From an uncultured Candidatus Rokubacteria bacterium (GTDB lineage: Bacteria > Methylomirabilota > Methylomirabilia > Rokubacteriales > DASRDR01), in the NCBI GenBank assembly GCA_963749975.1, contig CAVVOZ010000037.1:205935-269934 (forward strand): a DNA stretch of 64,000 bases. Reading direction: 5' to 3'. The position numbers and the translations under genes are program-made. The notes under the pieces are model-generated. The model was not told where the DNA came from, ran no database searches, and saw only the letters and a list, made by a program, of their open reading frames with translations. Below are positions 1-10,049 of the stretch, one piece after another (position 1 is the stretch's first letter; each line of letters begins with the position of its first letter).

Positions 1-338
1 GCCGGCGCGATCTGGCGGTCGCCGTCCGGCACATCCTGCCGAACTGTCTCGCGCCGCTTCTCGTCCAGGGGACGTTCATCTTCGCGTACGCCGTGCTGGC
101 GGAGGCGATCCTGGGATTCCTGGGCGTGGGCGTGCCGCCGTACGTTCCCTCGTGGGGCAACGTCATCGCGAGCGGGAAGAACGTGATCCGCGAGGCGTTC
201 TGGGTCAGCCTCTTCCCCGGCATCACCTTGACAGTGGCCGGTCTCAGCCTGAACCTCCTGGGCGACGGCCTTCGCGACACCCTCGACCCCCGCCTCCGCG
301 GGTCGGTCGGCACCGGTACAGGGAGACAAGGCGCATGA
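1..338 (+). CDS. ABC peptide/nickel transporter permease, DppC/OppC-like (C-terminal part; 5' end outside window)
   Basis: Frame-3 translation from the window edge reads ...[27 protein letters not shown]...[17 protein letters not shown]. The ...LGDALRDxLDPR end is the characteristic DppC/OppC C-terminus. Stop TGA at 336-338 overlaps the next ATG (ATGA). Confidence 0.8.
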   Translation, partial: RRDLAVAVRHILPNCLAPLLVQGTFIFAYAVLAEAILGFLGVGVPPYVPSWGNVIASGKNVIREAFWVSLFPGITLTVAGLSLNLLGDGLRDTLDPRLRGSVGTGTGRQGA

Positions 339-1102
339 AGCTCTTCGATCTGACGGGCAAGGTTGCGATCGTCACGGGCGGCAACGGCGGCATCGGGCTC
401 GGGATGGCCCGGGGGCTCGCCCAGGCGGGCGCCGCCGTCGCCGTCGCCGGACGGCAAGCGGCCAAGAGCGCCACGGCCGTCAAGGAGCTCGAGGCGCTCG
501 GCGCCCGCGCGATGGCGGTCGAGGTCGACGTCCGGAAGGAGGCCTCCTGCCGGGCGATGGTGCAGGCCGTCGTCGACCGCTTCGGCCGGCTCGACATCCT
601 GGTGAACAACGCCGGGACCAACATCCGGAAGCGCCCGGAGGAGTACACGCTGGAGGAGTGGCACACGGTCCTCGACACGAACCTCACCAGCGCGTTCATG
701 TGCTCCCACGCGGCGTACCCCCACATGGTCCGGGCCGGTGGCGGGAAGGTGATCAACATCGGCTCGATGATGTCGATCTTCGGCGCGCCCTTCACGGCGC
801 CCTACGCCGCCAGCAAGGGGGGCATCGTCCAGATGACCAAGGCGATGGCGACCGCCTGGGCACGGGAGAACATCCAGGTGAACTCGGTGCTCCCGGGCTG
901 GATCGACACCGACCTCACGCGCAAGGCCAGAGAGCAGGTCGCAGGCCTCCACGACAAGGTGGTCGCGCGGACGCCCGCCGGGCGATGGGGCTTGCCGGAG
1001 GACCACGCCGGGATCGCCGTGTTCCTCGCGAGCGCGGCGTCCGACTTCGTCACGGGCACTGCCATCCCCGTCGACGGCGGGTACTCCGTCCAGGGCGTGT
1101 GA
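335..1102 (+). CDS. SDR-family oxidoreductase (KduD / gluconate-5-dehydrogenase-like)
   Basis: 255 aa from ATG 335. Has the [12 protein letters not shown] Rossmann motif, NNAG, S...YxxxK (YAASKGG) catalytic motif and the C-terminal [12 protein letters not shown] motif of classical SDRs. Confidence 0.85.
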   Translation: MKLFDLTGKVAIVTGGNGGIGLGMARGLAQAGAAVAVAGRQAAKSATAVKELEALGARAMAVEVDVRKEASCRAMVQAVVDRFGRLDILVNNAGTNIRKRPEEYTLEEWHTVLDTNLTSAFMCSHAAYPHMVRAGGGKVINIGSMMSIFGAPFTAPYAASKGGIVQMTKAMATAWARENIQVNSVLPGWIDTDLTRKAREQVAGLHDKVVARTPAGRWGLPEDHAGIAVFLASAASDFVTGTAIPVDGGYSVQGV

Positions 1103-1599
1103 GGCCGGCGTCTCGGGCGACGCCGGGCGCTCGGCTTCGCCGGGGATTCGCGCGGAGCGCGCTCGGGCTCGCCTGCCTGGCCCTCGCGGCGACGGCCGCG
1201 GGGCAGGGAGGCGACCCGCGGGCGGAGATGACCCGCACCGTGCTCGACCAGCTCGCCGCGTTCCGCCGGGACGACTGGGCCACCGCGTACGCCTACGCGT
1301 CCTCCACCATCCAGGCCCGCTTCGGGCTCGAGGCCTTCCGCCAGATGGTCACCAGCGGCTACGCCCCCATCGCGCGCTCGGCCAGGGCCGCCGTGTCCAA
1401 GGTCGACGTGGTCGGCGCCGGCCACGGGCTGGTGGAGGTGCGGGTCGAGGGCGAGAACGGCGAGACGGTCGACGCGCTCTACGAGCTGGTCGACGAGCAA
1501 GGCAGCTGGCGGATCAACGGGGTGCTGACGCGGCCCGTGGAGGGCGCCACCGCGGCGTTGCCCGGCGGCGTGCCCCCGCGGCGCGTCGCGACCGGGTGA
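1099..1599 (+). CDS. secreted hypothetical protein (DUF4864-like)
   Basis: ORF in frame 1 with no internal ATG before residue 45. A GTG at 1099 gives an N-terminal signal-peptide-like segment (RRGFARSALGLACLALAATAAG). The start codon is uncertain. Confidence 0.45.
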   Translation: MRPASRATPGARLRRGFARSALGLACLALAATAAGQGGDPRAEMTRTVLDQLAAFRRDDWATAYAYASSTIQARFGLEAFRQMVTSGYAPIARSARAAVSKVDVVGAGHGLVEVRVEGENGETVDALYELVDEQGSWRINGVLTRPVEGATAALPGGVPPRRVATG

Positions 1600-2774
1600 A
1601 TCCCGGCGCCCCGGGGGCGACGAGAGGCCTCGCCCCGCTTCCCCTCCTCACGGCTCTCGCGTTCCTCGTCCAGGTCGACGTCCGCATGATGACGCCCCTC
1701 CTGCCGACGATCGCGCACTCGCTCGGGACGAGCGTGACCGCGATGGGCCTGGCGATGATGCTCTACATGCTGCCGTACGGTCTCTGCCAGTTCTTCTACG
1801 GCCCGCTGGGTGATCGGCTGGGGGCGATCCGGGTCGTGCGCGGGGCGGCGATCGGCTTCGGCGTGGGGACGCTCCTGACGGGCCAGGCCCACCACATCGC
1901 CGTGCTCGACGCGGTACGGTTCCTCACGGGAGTCTTCGCGGCGGCGGTGGTCCCCCTCACGTTCGCCTACATCGGCGCGACCGTGCCCTACGCGGAGCGC
2001 CAGGGAACGCTCGGGCGGTTCGCCGCCGTGACCTCGCTCGCCCAGAGCCTCTCGGCGGCGATCGGGGGGACGGTGGCCCACTTCGTGTCCTGGCGGGTCC
2101 TGTACGTCGGCGTGGGGTGCCTGTCTCTCGTTCCGGCGGTCCTCCTCTTTCACACGGACACTCGCCACGCGCCCCCGGGCGCCACCGGCGGCGGGCTCCA
2201 CTACGGCCTCGTCCTCCGCCGGCGCGCGGCGCGGATCCTCTACGGGATCGTCGGCTTCGAGGGGGTGTTCCTGTGGGGCGGCTTCACGTACCTCGGCGCG
2301 GTCGCCGTGGCGCGGTTCGGGCTCAACGAGCTCGAGGTGGGTCTGCTGCTCGCGTGCTACGGCGTCGCGACGCTCGTCGGCGGAGTCTCGCTGGTGCGAA
2401 TCCGGGCCCGGCTGCCCGAGCGCTACCTGGCCGCGCTCGGCGGCGGGCTGAAGGGCGGCGCCTATCTGCTGATGAGCGCCAGCGGGTCCCTCCTGCTGTT
2501 CGCGGTCGCGATCGTCATGCTCGGATTCGGCTACATCGCGCTCCACACGACGCTCCAGACCCGCGCGACCGAGCTGGCGCCGGAGGCGCGCGGCACGGCG
2601 GTGGCCCTGTTCGCGTTCTTCCTCTTCCTGGGCGGCGCGATCGGGTCCGCGATCTTCGGCCCGCTCGTGGACCACGGGTGGCACCGGCTCTTCCTCATGA
2701 TCTGCGGGCTGAGCTTGCTGGTGCTGGGAGCGCTCGCCGTCCGCCTGCTCGGGGCCTCGCCCGACGACGTGTGA
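1596..2774 (+). CDS. MFS transporter
   Basis: 392 aa with about 12 predicted hydrophobic spans. The MFS-type motif GPLGDRLG sits after TM2. GTG start overlaps the upstream stop. Confidence 0.8.
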   Translation: MNPGAPGATRGLAPLPLLTALAFLVQVDVRMMTPLLPTIAHSLGTSVTAMGLAMMLYMLPYGLCQFFYGPLGDRLGAIRVVRGAAIGFGVGTLLTGQAHHIAVLDAVRFLTGVFAAAVVPLTFAYIGATVPYAERQGTLGRFAAVTSLAQSLSAAIGGTVAHFVSWRVLYVGVGCLSLVPAVLLFHTDTRHAPPGATGGGLHYGLVLRRRAARILYGIVGFEGVFLWGGFTYLGAVAVARFGLNELEVGLLLACYGVATLVGGVSLVRIRARLPERYLAALGGGLKGGAYLLMSASGSLLLFAVAIVMLGFGYIALHTTLQTRATELAPEARGTAVALFAFFLFLGGAIGSAIFGPLVDHGWHRLFLMICGLSLLVLGALAVRLLGASPDDV

Positions 2775-2814
2775 CCCGCCCCGGCGGCGGTGTGCGGTCC
2801 CCCGCTGACGGGGC

Positions 2815-4563
2815 TCAGGGGCCCGGGCGCCGGGCGCTCGCCGCGCGCGTCACCAGGAAGTCGAAGTCGCAGCCCTCGGGCGCCTGGAGGACGCGCTCGC
2901 CGAACAGCCGCCGGTAGCCCCGGGCCGGCAGGGAGGCCGGCGCCCGCCACGCCGCGCGGCGGCGCCCGAGCTCGGCGTCGGTCACGAGGAGATCGAGGCG
3001 GCGGGCCTCCGTGTCGAGCAGGATCTCGTCCCCGTCTCGCACGTGCGCCAGCGGGCCGCCCACCGCCGCTTCGGGCGCGACGTGGAGCACCACGGTCCCA
3101 CCGGCGGTCCCGCTCATCCGCGCGTCCGAGACGCGCACCATGTCCCGGACTCCGGCCGCGAGCAGCCTCTTCGGGATCGGGAGCGAGCCCGCCTCGGGCA
3201 TCCCGGGTCCGCCCACGGGGCCGGCGTTCTGGAGCACGAGGACGCTTGCCGGCGTGACGGGAAGCGCCGGGTCGTCGACCCGGGCCGCGAGGTCCGCGAG
3301 GTCGCGGAAGACGCAGGCCGGGCCGCGGTGACGGAGGAGGGCCGGGGTGGCGGCCGACACCTTGAGCACCGCGCCGTCGGGCGCGAGGCTCCCGCGGAGG
3401 ATGGCGAGCCCGCCCTCCGCCTTGAAAGGTCGGTCGAGCGTCGTGACCACGTCCTGCCAGCTACCGGGGACTGGCACGTCGTCCAGCGTGGCGCCGAGCG
3501 ATCGCCCCGTCACCGTCGGCGCGTCCAGATGGAGGAGCGGGGCGAGCGCCTTCATCACCGCCGGGATGCCGCCCGCCTCGGCGAGGTCCTCCATGTGGTA
3601 CTTCCCCGACGGCCGGATGCTCGCCACCATGGGGGTGGTGCGGGCGAACCGGTCGAAGTCGTCGAGCCCGAGGGGGACGCCGGCCCGTCCGGCGATCGCC
3701 GGCAGGTGGACGACGGCGTTCGTCGAGCCGCCGATCGCCATGAGGACCCGCACGGCGTTCTCGAACGCCGCGCGGGTGAGGATCCGCGAGGGCCGGAGGT
3801 CCTCCCGCGCCATCTCGACGATCCGCCGGCCGGCCGCTTCCGCCAGCCGCAGGCGGCGGGAGAGCGGAGCGGGAATGGCCGCCATGCCTGGAAGCGTCAT
3901 TCCCAGGGCCTCCGTCATCGCCGCCATCGTGCTGGCGGTCCCCATGACCATGCACGTGCCAGTCGAGGGGAACAGCTCGCCCTGGATCGCCTCCATGCGG
4001 AGCGCGTCGATCTCTCCCGCGCGGTGCTCGGTCCAGAGCCGGCGGCAATCCGTGCACGCCCCGAGCCGCATCCCCTCGTAGCGGCCGGTGAGCATGGGAC
4101 CCGCCGTCACGACGATCGCCGGCCGATCCGCGCTCGCCGCGCCCATCAGCTGGGCCGGCAGGGTCTTGTCGCAGCCGCCCAGCAGCACCACCCCGTCCAT
4201 CGGCTGGCCGAGGATCATCTCCTCCGTGTCCATCGCCATGAGGTTCCGGAACAGCATGCTCGTCGGCGACAGGAAGATCTCCCCCAGCGAGATCGTCGGG
4301 AACTCGAGGGGCAGGCCGCCCGCCTGCCACACGCCCCGCTTCACGGCCTCGGCGACCTCCCGCAGGTGACGGTGACACGGATTGAACTCGCTCCACGTCT
4401 GGGCGAGGCCGATGACGGGGCGCGAGAGATCCTCTCCGGTCAGGCCCATCCCGCGGGCGAAGGCGCCCCGGACGAACAGGCTGAACTCGGGATCGCCGTA
4501 GTTCGTCAGGCCGCGGCGGACACCGGTCGGCGGGGCGGGCTCCTGGGCATCGGGCATGGGCAA
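2815..4563 (-). CDS. IlvD/EDD-family dehydratase (sugar-acid dehydratase; arabonate/xylonate/dihydroxy-acid dehydratase-like)
   Basis: 582 aa with the hallmark IlvD/EDD motifs: CDKTLP (CDK...P Fe-S ligand region), GTCMVMGTASTM, AIGGSTNAVVHL, SGTAGG. Confidence 0.9.
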   Translation of the reverse strand: MPMPDAQEPAPPTGVRRGLTNYGDPEFSLFVRGAFARGMGLTGEDLSRPVIGLAQTWSEFNPCHRHLREVAEAVKRGVWQAGGLPLEFPTISLGEIFLSPTSMLFRNLMAMDTEEMILGQPMDGVVLLGGCDKTLPAQLMGAASADRPAIVVTAGPMLTGRYEGMRLGACTDCRRLWTEHRAGEIDALRMEAIQGELFPSTGTCMVMGTASTMAAMTEALGMTLPGMAAIPAPLSRRLRLAEAAGRRIVEMAREDLRPSRILTRAAFENAVRVLMAIGGSTNAVVHLPAIAGRAGVPLGLDDFDRFARTTPMVASIRPSGKYHMEDLAEAGGIPAVMKALAPLLHLDAPTVTGRSLGATLDDVPVPGSWQDVVTTLDRPFKAEGGLAILRGSLAPDGAVLKVSAATPALLRHRGPACVFRDLADLAARVDDPALPVTPASVLVLQNAGPVGGPGMPEAGSLPIPKRLLAAGVRDMVRVSDARMSGTAGGTVVLHVAPEAAVGGPLAHVRDGDEILLDTEARRLDLLVTDAELGRRRAAWRAPASLPARGYRRLFGERVLQAPEGCDFDFLVTRAASARRPGP

Positions 4564-4601
4564 CGCTCCTTTTACCTGGCCGACGCGCCTCGCGCCTGCC
4601 T

Positions 4602-4650
4602 TGTATCAACGGCCTTCGGCCTGTGGCGTGACGCGGCGGCCTGTGGTCCG
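4602..4650 (-). repeat. Copy C of intergenic repeat family (CCACAGGCCGCC-N8-CACAGGCCGAAGGCCGT)
   Basis: The reverse complement of 4602-4650 reads ccacaggccgccgcgtcacgccacaggccgaaggccgttgataca. It shares the CCACAGGCCG x2 + AGGCCGT core with 25501-25528 and 52973-53000. It lies in the divergent promoter region between the dehydratase and E1 genes. Confidence 0.6.
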
Positions 4651-4702
4651 ACGGTCTCGCGGTGCGGCGATGATACCGCCGACCGGGGTAAGATAGCGGG
4701 CG

Positions 4703-7114
4703 GTGGAGGCCCCCGTCCTGCGTCCCCGGCTGACCGACGAGGAGCGCCGGCTCCTGCTGAGCATCCAGGACCGGCTGCTCTGGCTCACCACCAACACCAT
4801 CCACCACGCGAACAGCCGGCGCGCGAACCCGTCGCCGGAGCGGGTGGGGGGCCATCAGTCGAGCTCGACCTCCTCGCTCACGCTCCTCACCGCCCTCTAC
4901 TTCAAGCTCCTGCGCCCGGGCGACCGGATCGCGGTCAAGCCCACGGCGGCGCCCGTGTTCTACGCGATCCAGGTCCTGCGGGGGCTCCTGCCGCCCGAGG
5001 GCCTCCGCGCGTACCGGTCGCTGGGCGGCCTCCAGGCGTACCCGAGCCGCGTGAAGAACCCCGACTGGTTCGACTTCTCGACGGGATCGATGGGTCTGGG
5101 CGCGGTGGCGCCCGCCTTCGCGGCGCTCATGGACCGGTACCTGGGCGACCATTTCGGCGGCGCCGGCGAAGCGGAACCGGGCCAGGCGCCCGCGACCGGG
5201 CGCCGGCGGAACATCGCGCTCGTGGGCGACGCCGAGCTGGACGAGGGGAGCGTCTGGGAGGCCTGGACCGAGGAGGCGATGGCCGACCTTGCCGGCCACG
5301 TGGTCGTGGTCGACCTGAACCGCCAGAGCCTCGACCGGGTCGTGGGCGACCACCGGAGCCGGCAGCTCGAGCGCCTCTTCCGGGCGCTCGGCTGGCACGT
5401 CATTTCGCTTCGCTTCGGCCGCCGTCTCGCGGCGCTCTTCGCCGAGCGCGGCGGTGACTGGCTCCGCGGCCGGCTCGAGGCCATGGAGAACCTCGAGTAC
5501 CACGCGCTTCTCCGGCTCCCGCCCGCCGCCGCGCGGAAGGCGCTCGGCGAGGGCGCCCCTCCGGAGACCGTCGCGCGACTCGAGGCGCTCGGCGACGCGG
5601 AGGTCGCCACGCTGCTCGCCGACCTGGGCGGCCACGACCTGGACGCGATCGTCGACGCGTTCGCGGAAGCGGACGGGGTGGCCGACCGGCCGGTGGCGAT
5701 CCTGGCGTGGACCCTCAAGGGGTGGCGCTTGCCCTTCGCCGGGGACCCGCTGAACCACGGGGCGCAGCTCACGGGCGAGCAGCTGGCCGCGCTGCGCCGC
5801 GAGCTCGGCGTCGCGGAGGACGACGAGTGGGCGCCGTTCCCGCCCGGCAGCCCCGAGGGACGCCACGTGCGGCGCGTCATGGGCGAGGGCATCGGCCTCC
5901 CCCGGCGCTATCGTCCCCCGCCGCCCACGCTGATCCCCGATCGGCTCGACCTTCCGCCTCGGCCGACGACGTCGACGCAGGAGGCCTTCGGCGACGTCCT
6001 GGCCGCCCTCGGCCGGCAGCCAGGCCTCGACTCCGCCCTGGTCACCGTGTCCGCCGACGTGACGACCACGACGCATCTGTCCGGGTGGGTCAACCGGCGC
6101 GGTGTCTACGCGACGCGCGAGCGGGACGACGCCTTCGAGCGCCACGGGCTCCGGCCCCTCATTCGCTGGAAGGAATCGCCGGCCGGCCAGCACCTCGAGC
6201 TGGGGATCGGGGAGGCGTCGTTCTTCGTCCTCCTGTCCGTCCTGGGTCTGGCGCCCGAGCTCTCCGGCCGCCGGCTCCTACCGATCGGCACGCTCTACGA
6301 CTGCTTCCTGCCGCGCGGCCTCGACCCCCTCTTGCACGCCACGTACTCGAAGGCGCGCTTCATCCTCGTCGCCAGCCCCTCCGGCATCAGCCTCGCCCCC
6401 GAGGGAGGCGCCCACCAGTCGGTGCTGACCCCGGCGTTGGGGATCGAGGTCCCGAATCTCCTCGCCTACGAGCCCACGTTCGCTCGAGAAGTGGAGTGGC
6501 TCCTCCTGGAAGCCCTCCGGGTGATCCAGGACCCCGAGCGCGGCGAGGCGGTGTACCTCCGGCTCTCGACCAAGACCGTCGACCAGGCGCTCCTCCAGCC
6601 GGCCCTCGACCGTCTGGGCGAGGAGGCGCTGCGCGGCCAGGTTCTGAGGGGTGGGTACCGTCTGGTCGACCGCTCGGCGGAGCCCGGGTACGAGCCCGGC
6701 GCGAACGTCGTGACGCTGGTCGCGGCGGGCGTGATGGTGCCGGAGGCCGTCGAGGCCAGCCGGCAGCTGGCGGCCGAGGGGATCCACGCCAACGTCGTGG
6801 CCCTGACGAGCCCGCGCGCTTGCTACGCCGAGTGGCGCCGCCAGGTGGACGCGCTGGTACGGGGGCGGGCGCCCGCCCCGATGTGGGTCCGGGAGCTGTT
6901 CCCCGCCGAGGACCTCGAGGGCGAGGTTCCGGTGGTGAGCGTTCTGGACGGCCACTCCCACGCCCTCGCCTGGCTGGGGACCGTCCTGGGCGTTCCCCAC
7001 GCGCCGCTGGGCGTCGACGCCTTCGGCCAGTCCGGCGCCCGCGCCGATCTCTACCGTCACTACGGCATCGATCCCGACGCCATCGCGCGAGCGGCCCGCG
7101 CCCTTTTGGTGTAG
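4703..7114 (+). CDS. aceE: 2-oxoacid (pyruvate) dehydrogenase E1 component, homodimeric AceE type
   Basis: 803 aa. N-terminal region aligns with AceE (IQDRLLWLTTNTIHHAN..GGHQSSSTSSLTLLTALYF resembles IRWNA..GGHxASxQSSATLY; YPSRVKNPDWFDFSTGSMGLG resembles [22 protein letters not shown]). GTG start. Confidence 0.8.
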   Translation: MEAPVLRPRLTDEERRLLLSIQDRLLWLTTNTIHHANSRRANPSPERVGGHQSSSTSSLTLLTALYFKLLRPGDRIAVKPTAAPVFYAIQVLRGLLPPEGLRAYRSLGGLQAYPSRVKNPDWFDFSTGSMGLGAVAPAFAALMDRYLGDHFGGAGEAEPGQAPATGRRRNIALVGDAELDEGSVWEAWTEEAMADLAGHVVVVDLNRQSLDRVVGDHRSRQLERLFRALGWHVISLRFGRRLAALFAERGGDWLRGRLEAMENLEYHALLRLPPAAARKALGEGAPPETVARLEALGDAEVATLLADLGGHDLDAIVDAFAEADGVADRPVAILAWTLKGWRLPFAGDPLNHGAQLTGEQLAALRRELGVAEDDEWAPFPPGSPEGRHVRRVMGEGIGLPRRYRPPPPTLIPDRLDLPPRPTTSTQEAFGDVLAALGRQPGLDSALVTVSADVTTTTHLSGWVNRRGVYATRERDDAFERHGLRPLIRWKESPAGQHLELGIGEASFFVLLSVLGLAPELSGRRLLPIGTLYDCFLPRGLDPLLHATYSKARFILVASPSGISLAPEGGAHQSVLTPALGIEVPNLLAYEPTFAREVEWLLLEALRVIQDPERGEAVYLRLSTKTVDQALLQPALDRLGEEALRGQVLRGGYRLVDRSAEPGYEPGANVVTLVAAGVMVPEAVEASRQLAAEGIHANVVALTSPRACYAEWRRQVDALVRGRAPAPMWVRELFPAEDLEGEVPVVSVLDGHSHALAWLGTVLGVPHAPLGVDAFGQSGARADLYRHYGIDPDAIARAARALLV

Positions 7115-7276
7115 TCGCGCGTCCCGCTCGTTCGTAAGGCTTGACAGCCTTCGAGCACCGGGCTCTAGTAGGGAGAACCCTGCGACCGTCGCACCCACGG
7201 GCCAGAAGCTCTCGTGTCGGCGTCGGCGCGCGGTGGTCGGGCAGCCCGGCGCCCAGCCCCAAGGAGGCGCGTACAC

Positions 7277-7822
7277 ATGGCACTGTTCGGACAGCAGTCC
7301 CGCAAGGACGAACCGGCTTCGAAGTCCGAGCCCTTTCCGAAACCCGAGCCCAGAGTCGAGCCGCCACCGGCGCCGGTCATCCCGCCGGCTCCTGCCGTGA
7401 CGGCGACCACGCGACGCGTAGAGGAGGCGCCGATGTCGATGACCACGCCCAAGGGTTCCGAGTCGATCCTCTCCGCGGGCCTCACGATCGAGGGGAAGAT
7501 CGAAGGGAACGGCAACATCCGCGTCGCCGGACGCTTCAAGGGGAACGTCAACGTCAAGGGCGAGCTGACGATCGAGCCCGGCGCGTCCATCGACGGCGAG
7601 GTCAAGGCGGACACCGTGCTGGTCGGCGGGGAGGTCCGCGGTCACCTCATCGCCAACTCGCGGGTCGAGTTCAAGGAGTCCGGCACGCTGATCGGCGACC
7701 TCAAGGCGGGGAGCCTCACGGTGGCGGCCGGATCGAAGATGCGCGGCAAGGTCGAGTTCGGCTGGAAGGAAGGGGAAGTCGAGGCCCTGCACCCTCCCGA
7801 GCCGAAGACGCCCTCGCACTAA
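7277..7822 (+). CDS. bactofilin (CcmA-like polymer-forming cytoskeletal protein) with Pro-rich N-terminal tail
   Basis: RBS AAGGAGG 8 nt upstream of ATG 7277. Core has repeated beta-helix bactofilin motifs (IEGKIEGNGNIRVAGRFKGNVNVKGELTIEPGASIDGEVKADTVLVGGEVRGHLIA...). Confidence 0.85.
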   Translation: MALFGQQSRKDEPASKSEPFPKPEPRVEPPPAPVIPPAPAVTATTRRVEEAPMSMTTPKGSESILSAGLTIEGKIEGNGNIRVAGRFKGNVNVKGELTIEPGASIDGEVKADTVLVGGEVRGHLIANSRVEFKESGTLIGDLKAGSLTVAAGSKMRGKVEFGWKEGEVEALHPPEPKTPSH

Positions 7823-7832
7823 GGTCTCGCCG

Positions 7833-8177
7833 ATGACAGGCGAGGCATGGAACTGTCCACACTGCGGGGAGCGCATCCTCCGGAGCGCGCCCACGTGTCC
7901 CGCCTGTCTGCGGCACCTGCGGTTCGACGCCGTCGCGGTCGCGCGACCGGCGCGAGAGGCAGTTTGTCCACTGACGGTCGATGGCACGATCCGGCATCCC
8001 GGCAGCGAGGCGCCCTGGGAATACTCGGTGCTGATCGAGGTGCATGACGAGCGCGATGAGATGGTCGCGCGTCGAGTCGTGGGGGTGGGCGCCCTCCGAC
8101 CCGGCGAGGCCCGGAAGTTCACCCTGCGCGTCGAGGTGCTGGTCCCGGAATCCTCGCGATTGACCGCGGCGTCCTAG
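7833..8177 (+). CDS. hypothetical zinc-ribbon protein (CxxC...CxxC)
   Basis: 114 aa. N-terminal CPHCGERILRSAPTCPAC zinc-ribbon. Immediately downstream of the bactofilin on the same strand. Confidence 0.5.
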   Translation: MTGEAWNCPHCGERILRSAPTCPACLRHLRFDAVAVARPAREAVCPLTVDGTIRHPGSEAPWEYSVLIEVHDERDEMVARRVVGVGALRPGEARKFTLRVEVLVPESSRLTAAS

Positions 8178-8250
8178 CCGGTGCCCGATTTCGGACCGAG
8201 CCCGGCGGCGGATCGCGGGCCGGTCTGGGGCGCCGGGGCAGCCGGAAGGC

Positions 8251-9916
8251 GTGACCTCGGAACGCTTGACCGCTGGCGTCCAGCGTCTGGGGAGGAGGCG
8301 ACAGTGGGAAGCTTCTGCTGCCCGCTCGCTCGTCGCGCTGACGCTGGCCGCGGGCCATTGCCGCGCCGGCCCACGCGCCCAAGCCCGGGGGCACTCTCAC
8401 CCTGACCCAGCGGGAGGAACTCGCCGCAGGGCTTCGCCATCCACGAGACGTCCACGATCTCTACGGTGTGGCCGGCGATGCCCTGCTTCAACAACCTGGT
8501 GCTGTTCGATCCCCTCAAGCCCACGGAGAGCGCCGACACGATCATCGGCGAGCTGGCCGAGAAGTGGTCCTGGCAGGACAACTACCGGAACCTGGTGTTC
8601 TTCCTGCGCCACGATGTGAAGTGGCACGACGGCAAGCCCTTCACCGTCGAAGGACGTCAAGTACACGTTCGACATGGTGCGCGAGGCGTCCGGACGCGCG
8701 CGGAAGCTCCGGATCAGTCCGCGGACCGACTGGTACGCGAACGTCGAGGCGATCGAGGCGCCGGACGCCTACACGGTCATCTTCCGGCTCAAGCGGCCCC
8801 AGCCGTCGCTCCTGCTGATGCTCGCGTCGGGCTACAGCGCCGGTCTACGCGGCCCACGTCCCGGCGGCCAGCTACCGCACGGGCTGCATGGGGACCGGTC
8901 CGTTCAAGCTCAAGGAGTGGCGCAAGGGCGAGTTCGTCGACTACGTGAAGAACCCCGACTACTTCGTGAAGGGTCGACCCTACCTCGACGCGCTCCGGTA
9001 CGTCGTCATCAAGGAGCGCGGGACTCGGATCGCGGCGCTCCAGACGGGACAGGTCGACGTGTCGTTCCCGGATGAGGTGTCGAAGACGCAATGCCGAGCA
9101 GCTGAAGCACAGCGGTTGCCGCAGCTGGTCGTCACGCCGTACAGCGTGAACGTCAACGACAACATCGTCATGAACGTGACGAAGGCCGCCCTTCGACAAC
9201 GCCGAAGGTACGGCTGGCCGTCAGCCACGCCATCGACCGGCGCGCGCTGGTCCGAGGCCGTGCATCAGGGCGGCGCGGTCGTCGGCGCGTCGCTGGCGCC
9301 GCAGCCCGTACGGGGTCTGGGGTCTTCTCGAGCCAGACTCTGGTCGCCCTCCCGGGCTACGGGAAACCGGCGGACGAGAAGGACAAGGCGCGGAAGCTGC
9401 TCGCGGAGGCGGGGTTCTCGCCGCAGAGTCCTCTCCGGGTCGAGATGGTGACGCGCAACATCGCCGTCTACGTCACCATGGCGTCCTTCGTCGTCAACGA
9501 GCTGAAGCAGATCGGGATCGAGGCGACGCTGAAGCAGATCGAGACGCGCGCAGTGGCATCCGATGGGCACACGCGGCGACTTCCAGATCGCCGCGAATCT
9601 CACGGGCATCGGGCCTGACGATCCTGACGCCAACTTCTTCGAGAACTACAGCTGCGGCTCGCCGCGCAACTACAGCTAAGTACTGCAACGAGCAGGTGAT
9701 GGCCCAGATGCCAACAGCAGTCGCAGGAGCTCGACCCGAAGAAGCGACTCGCCCTGGTCCAGCGCGATCCAGAAGCGGCTCGAGGAGGACGCGGCGCGAC
9801 CGATGCTGGACTGGCGGCTCGACTACTTCATCGTCTGGCCGTACGTCAAGAACCTGATCCCGCACCAGTCCATGTACAACTTCGGGCGCATGCAGGAGGT
9901 CTGGCGCGACCAGTGA
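8251..9916 (+). pseudogene. ABC transporter substrate-binding protein, family 5 (DppA/OppA-like), disrupted by multiple frameshifts
   Basis: Family-5 SBP sequence is recoverable only by hopping between all three + frames. Recovered segments include ...PKPGGTLTLTQREEL.., FAIHETSTISTVWPAMPCFNNLVLFDPLKPTESADTIIGELAEKWSW.., KYTFDMVREA.., GTGPFKLKEWRKGEFVDYVKNPDYFVKGRPYLDALRYVVIKERGTRIAALQTGQVD.., ...WRLDYFIVWPYVKNLIPHQSMYNFGRMQEVWRDQ*. At least 6 indels. No long intact ORF. Confidence 0.75.
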
Positions 9917-10049
9917 GGTCGCCTCCGAGTGGGTCTGGATCCGGTGACGCTGGGGGAGGCGGTCGCCTCCCCACCGTCGTCTGTCCCGAGAGCCCCGGGC
10001 GCCGGCCGCGTGACGGCCGGACCCGCCGGCCTGTCGGGTGATCGCGTCG

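Noticed and set aside
3461-6193. 910-aa minus-strand ORF, and similar very long Arg/Gly/Pro-rich ORFs (3043-5457+, 6278-8122-, 16140-18044-, 20313-22826-, 23005-24756-, 44294-46936-, 53019-55040-)
   Set aside because: These lie antisense to, or out of frame with, well-supported genes (IlvD-family dehydratase, AceE, murE, murD, ftsW/murC, GH31). Their composition (RRGRP..., no motifs) is what stop-poor alternative frames of 70%-GC DNA look like. No RBS or start context supports them.
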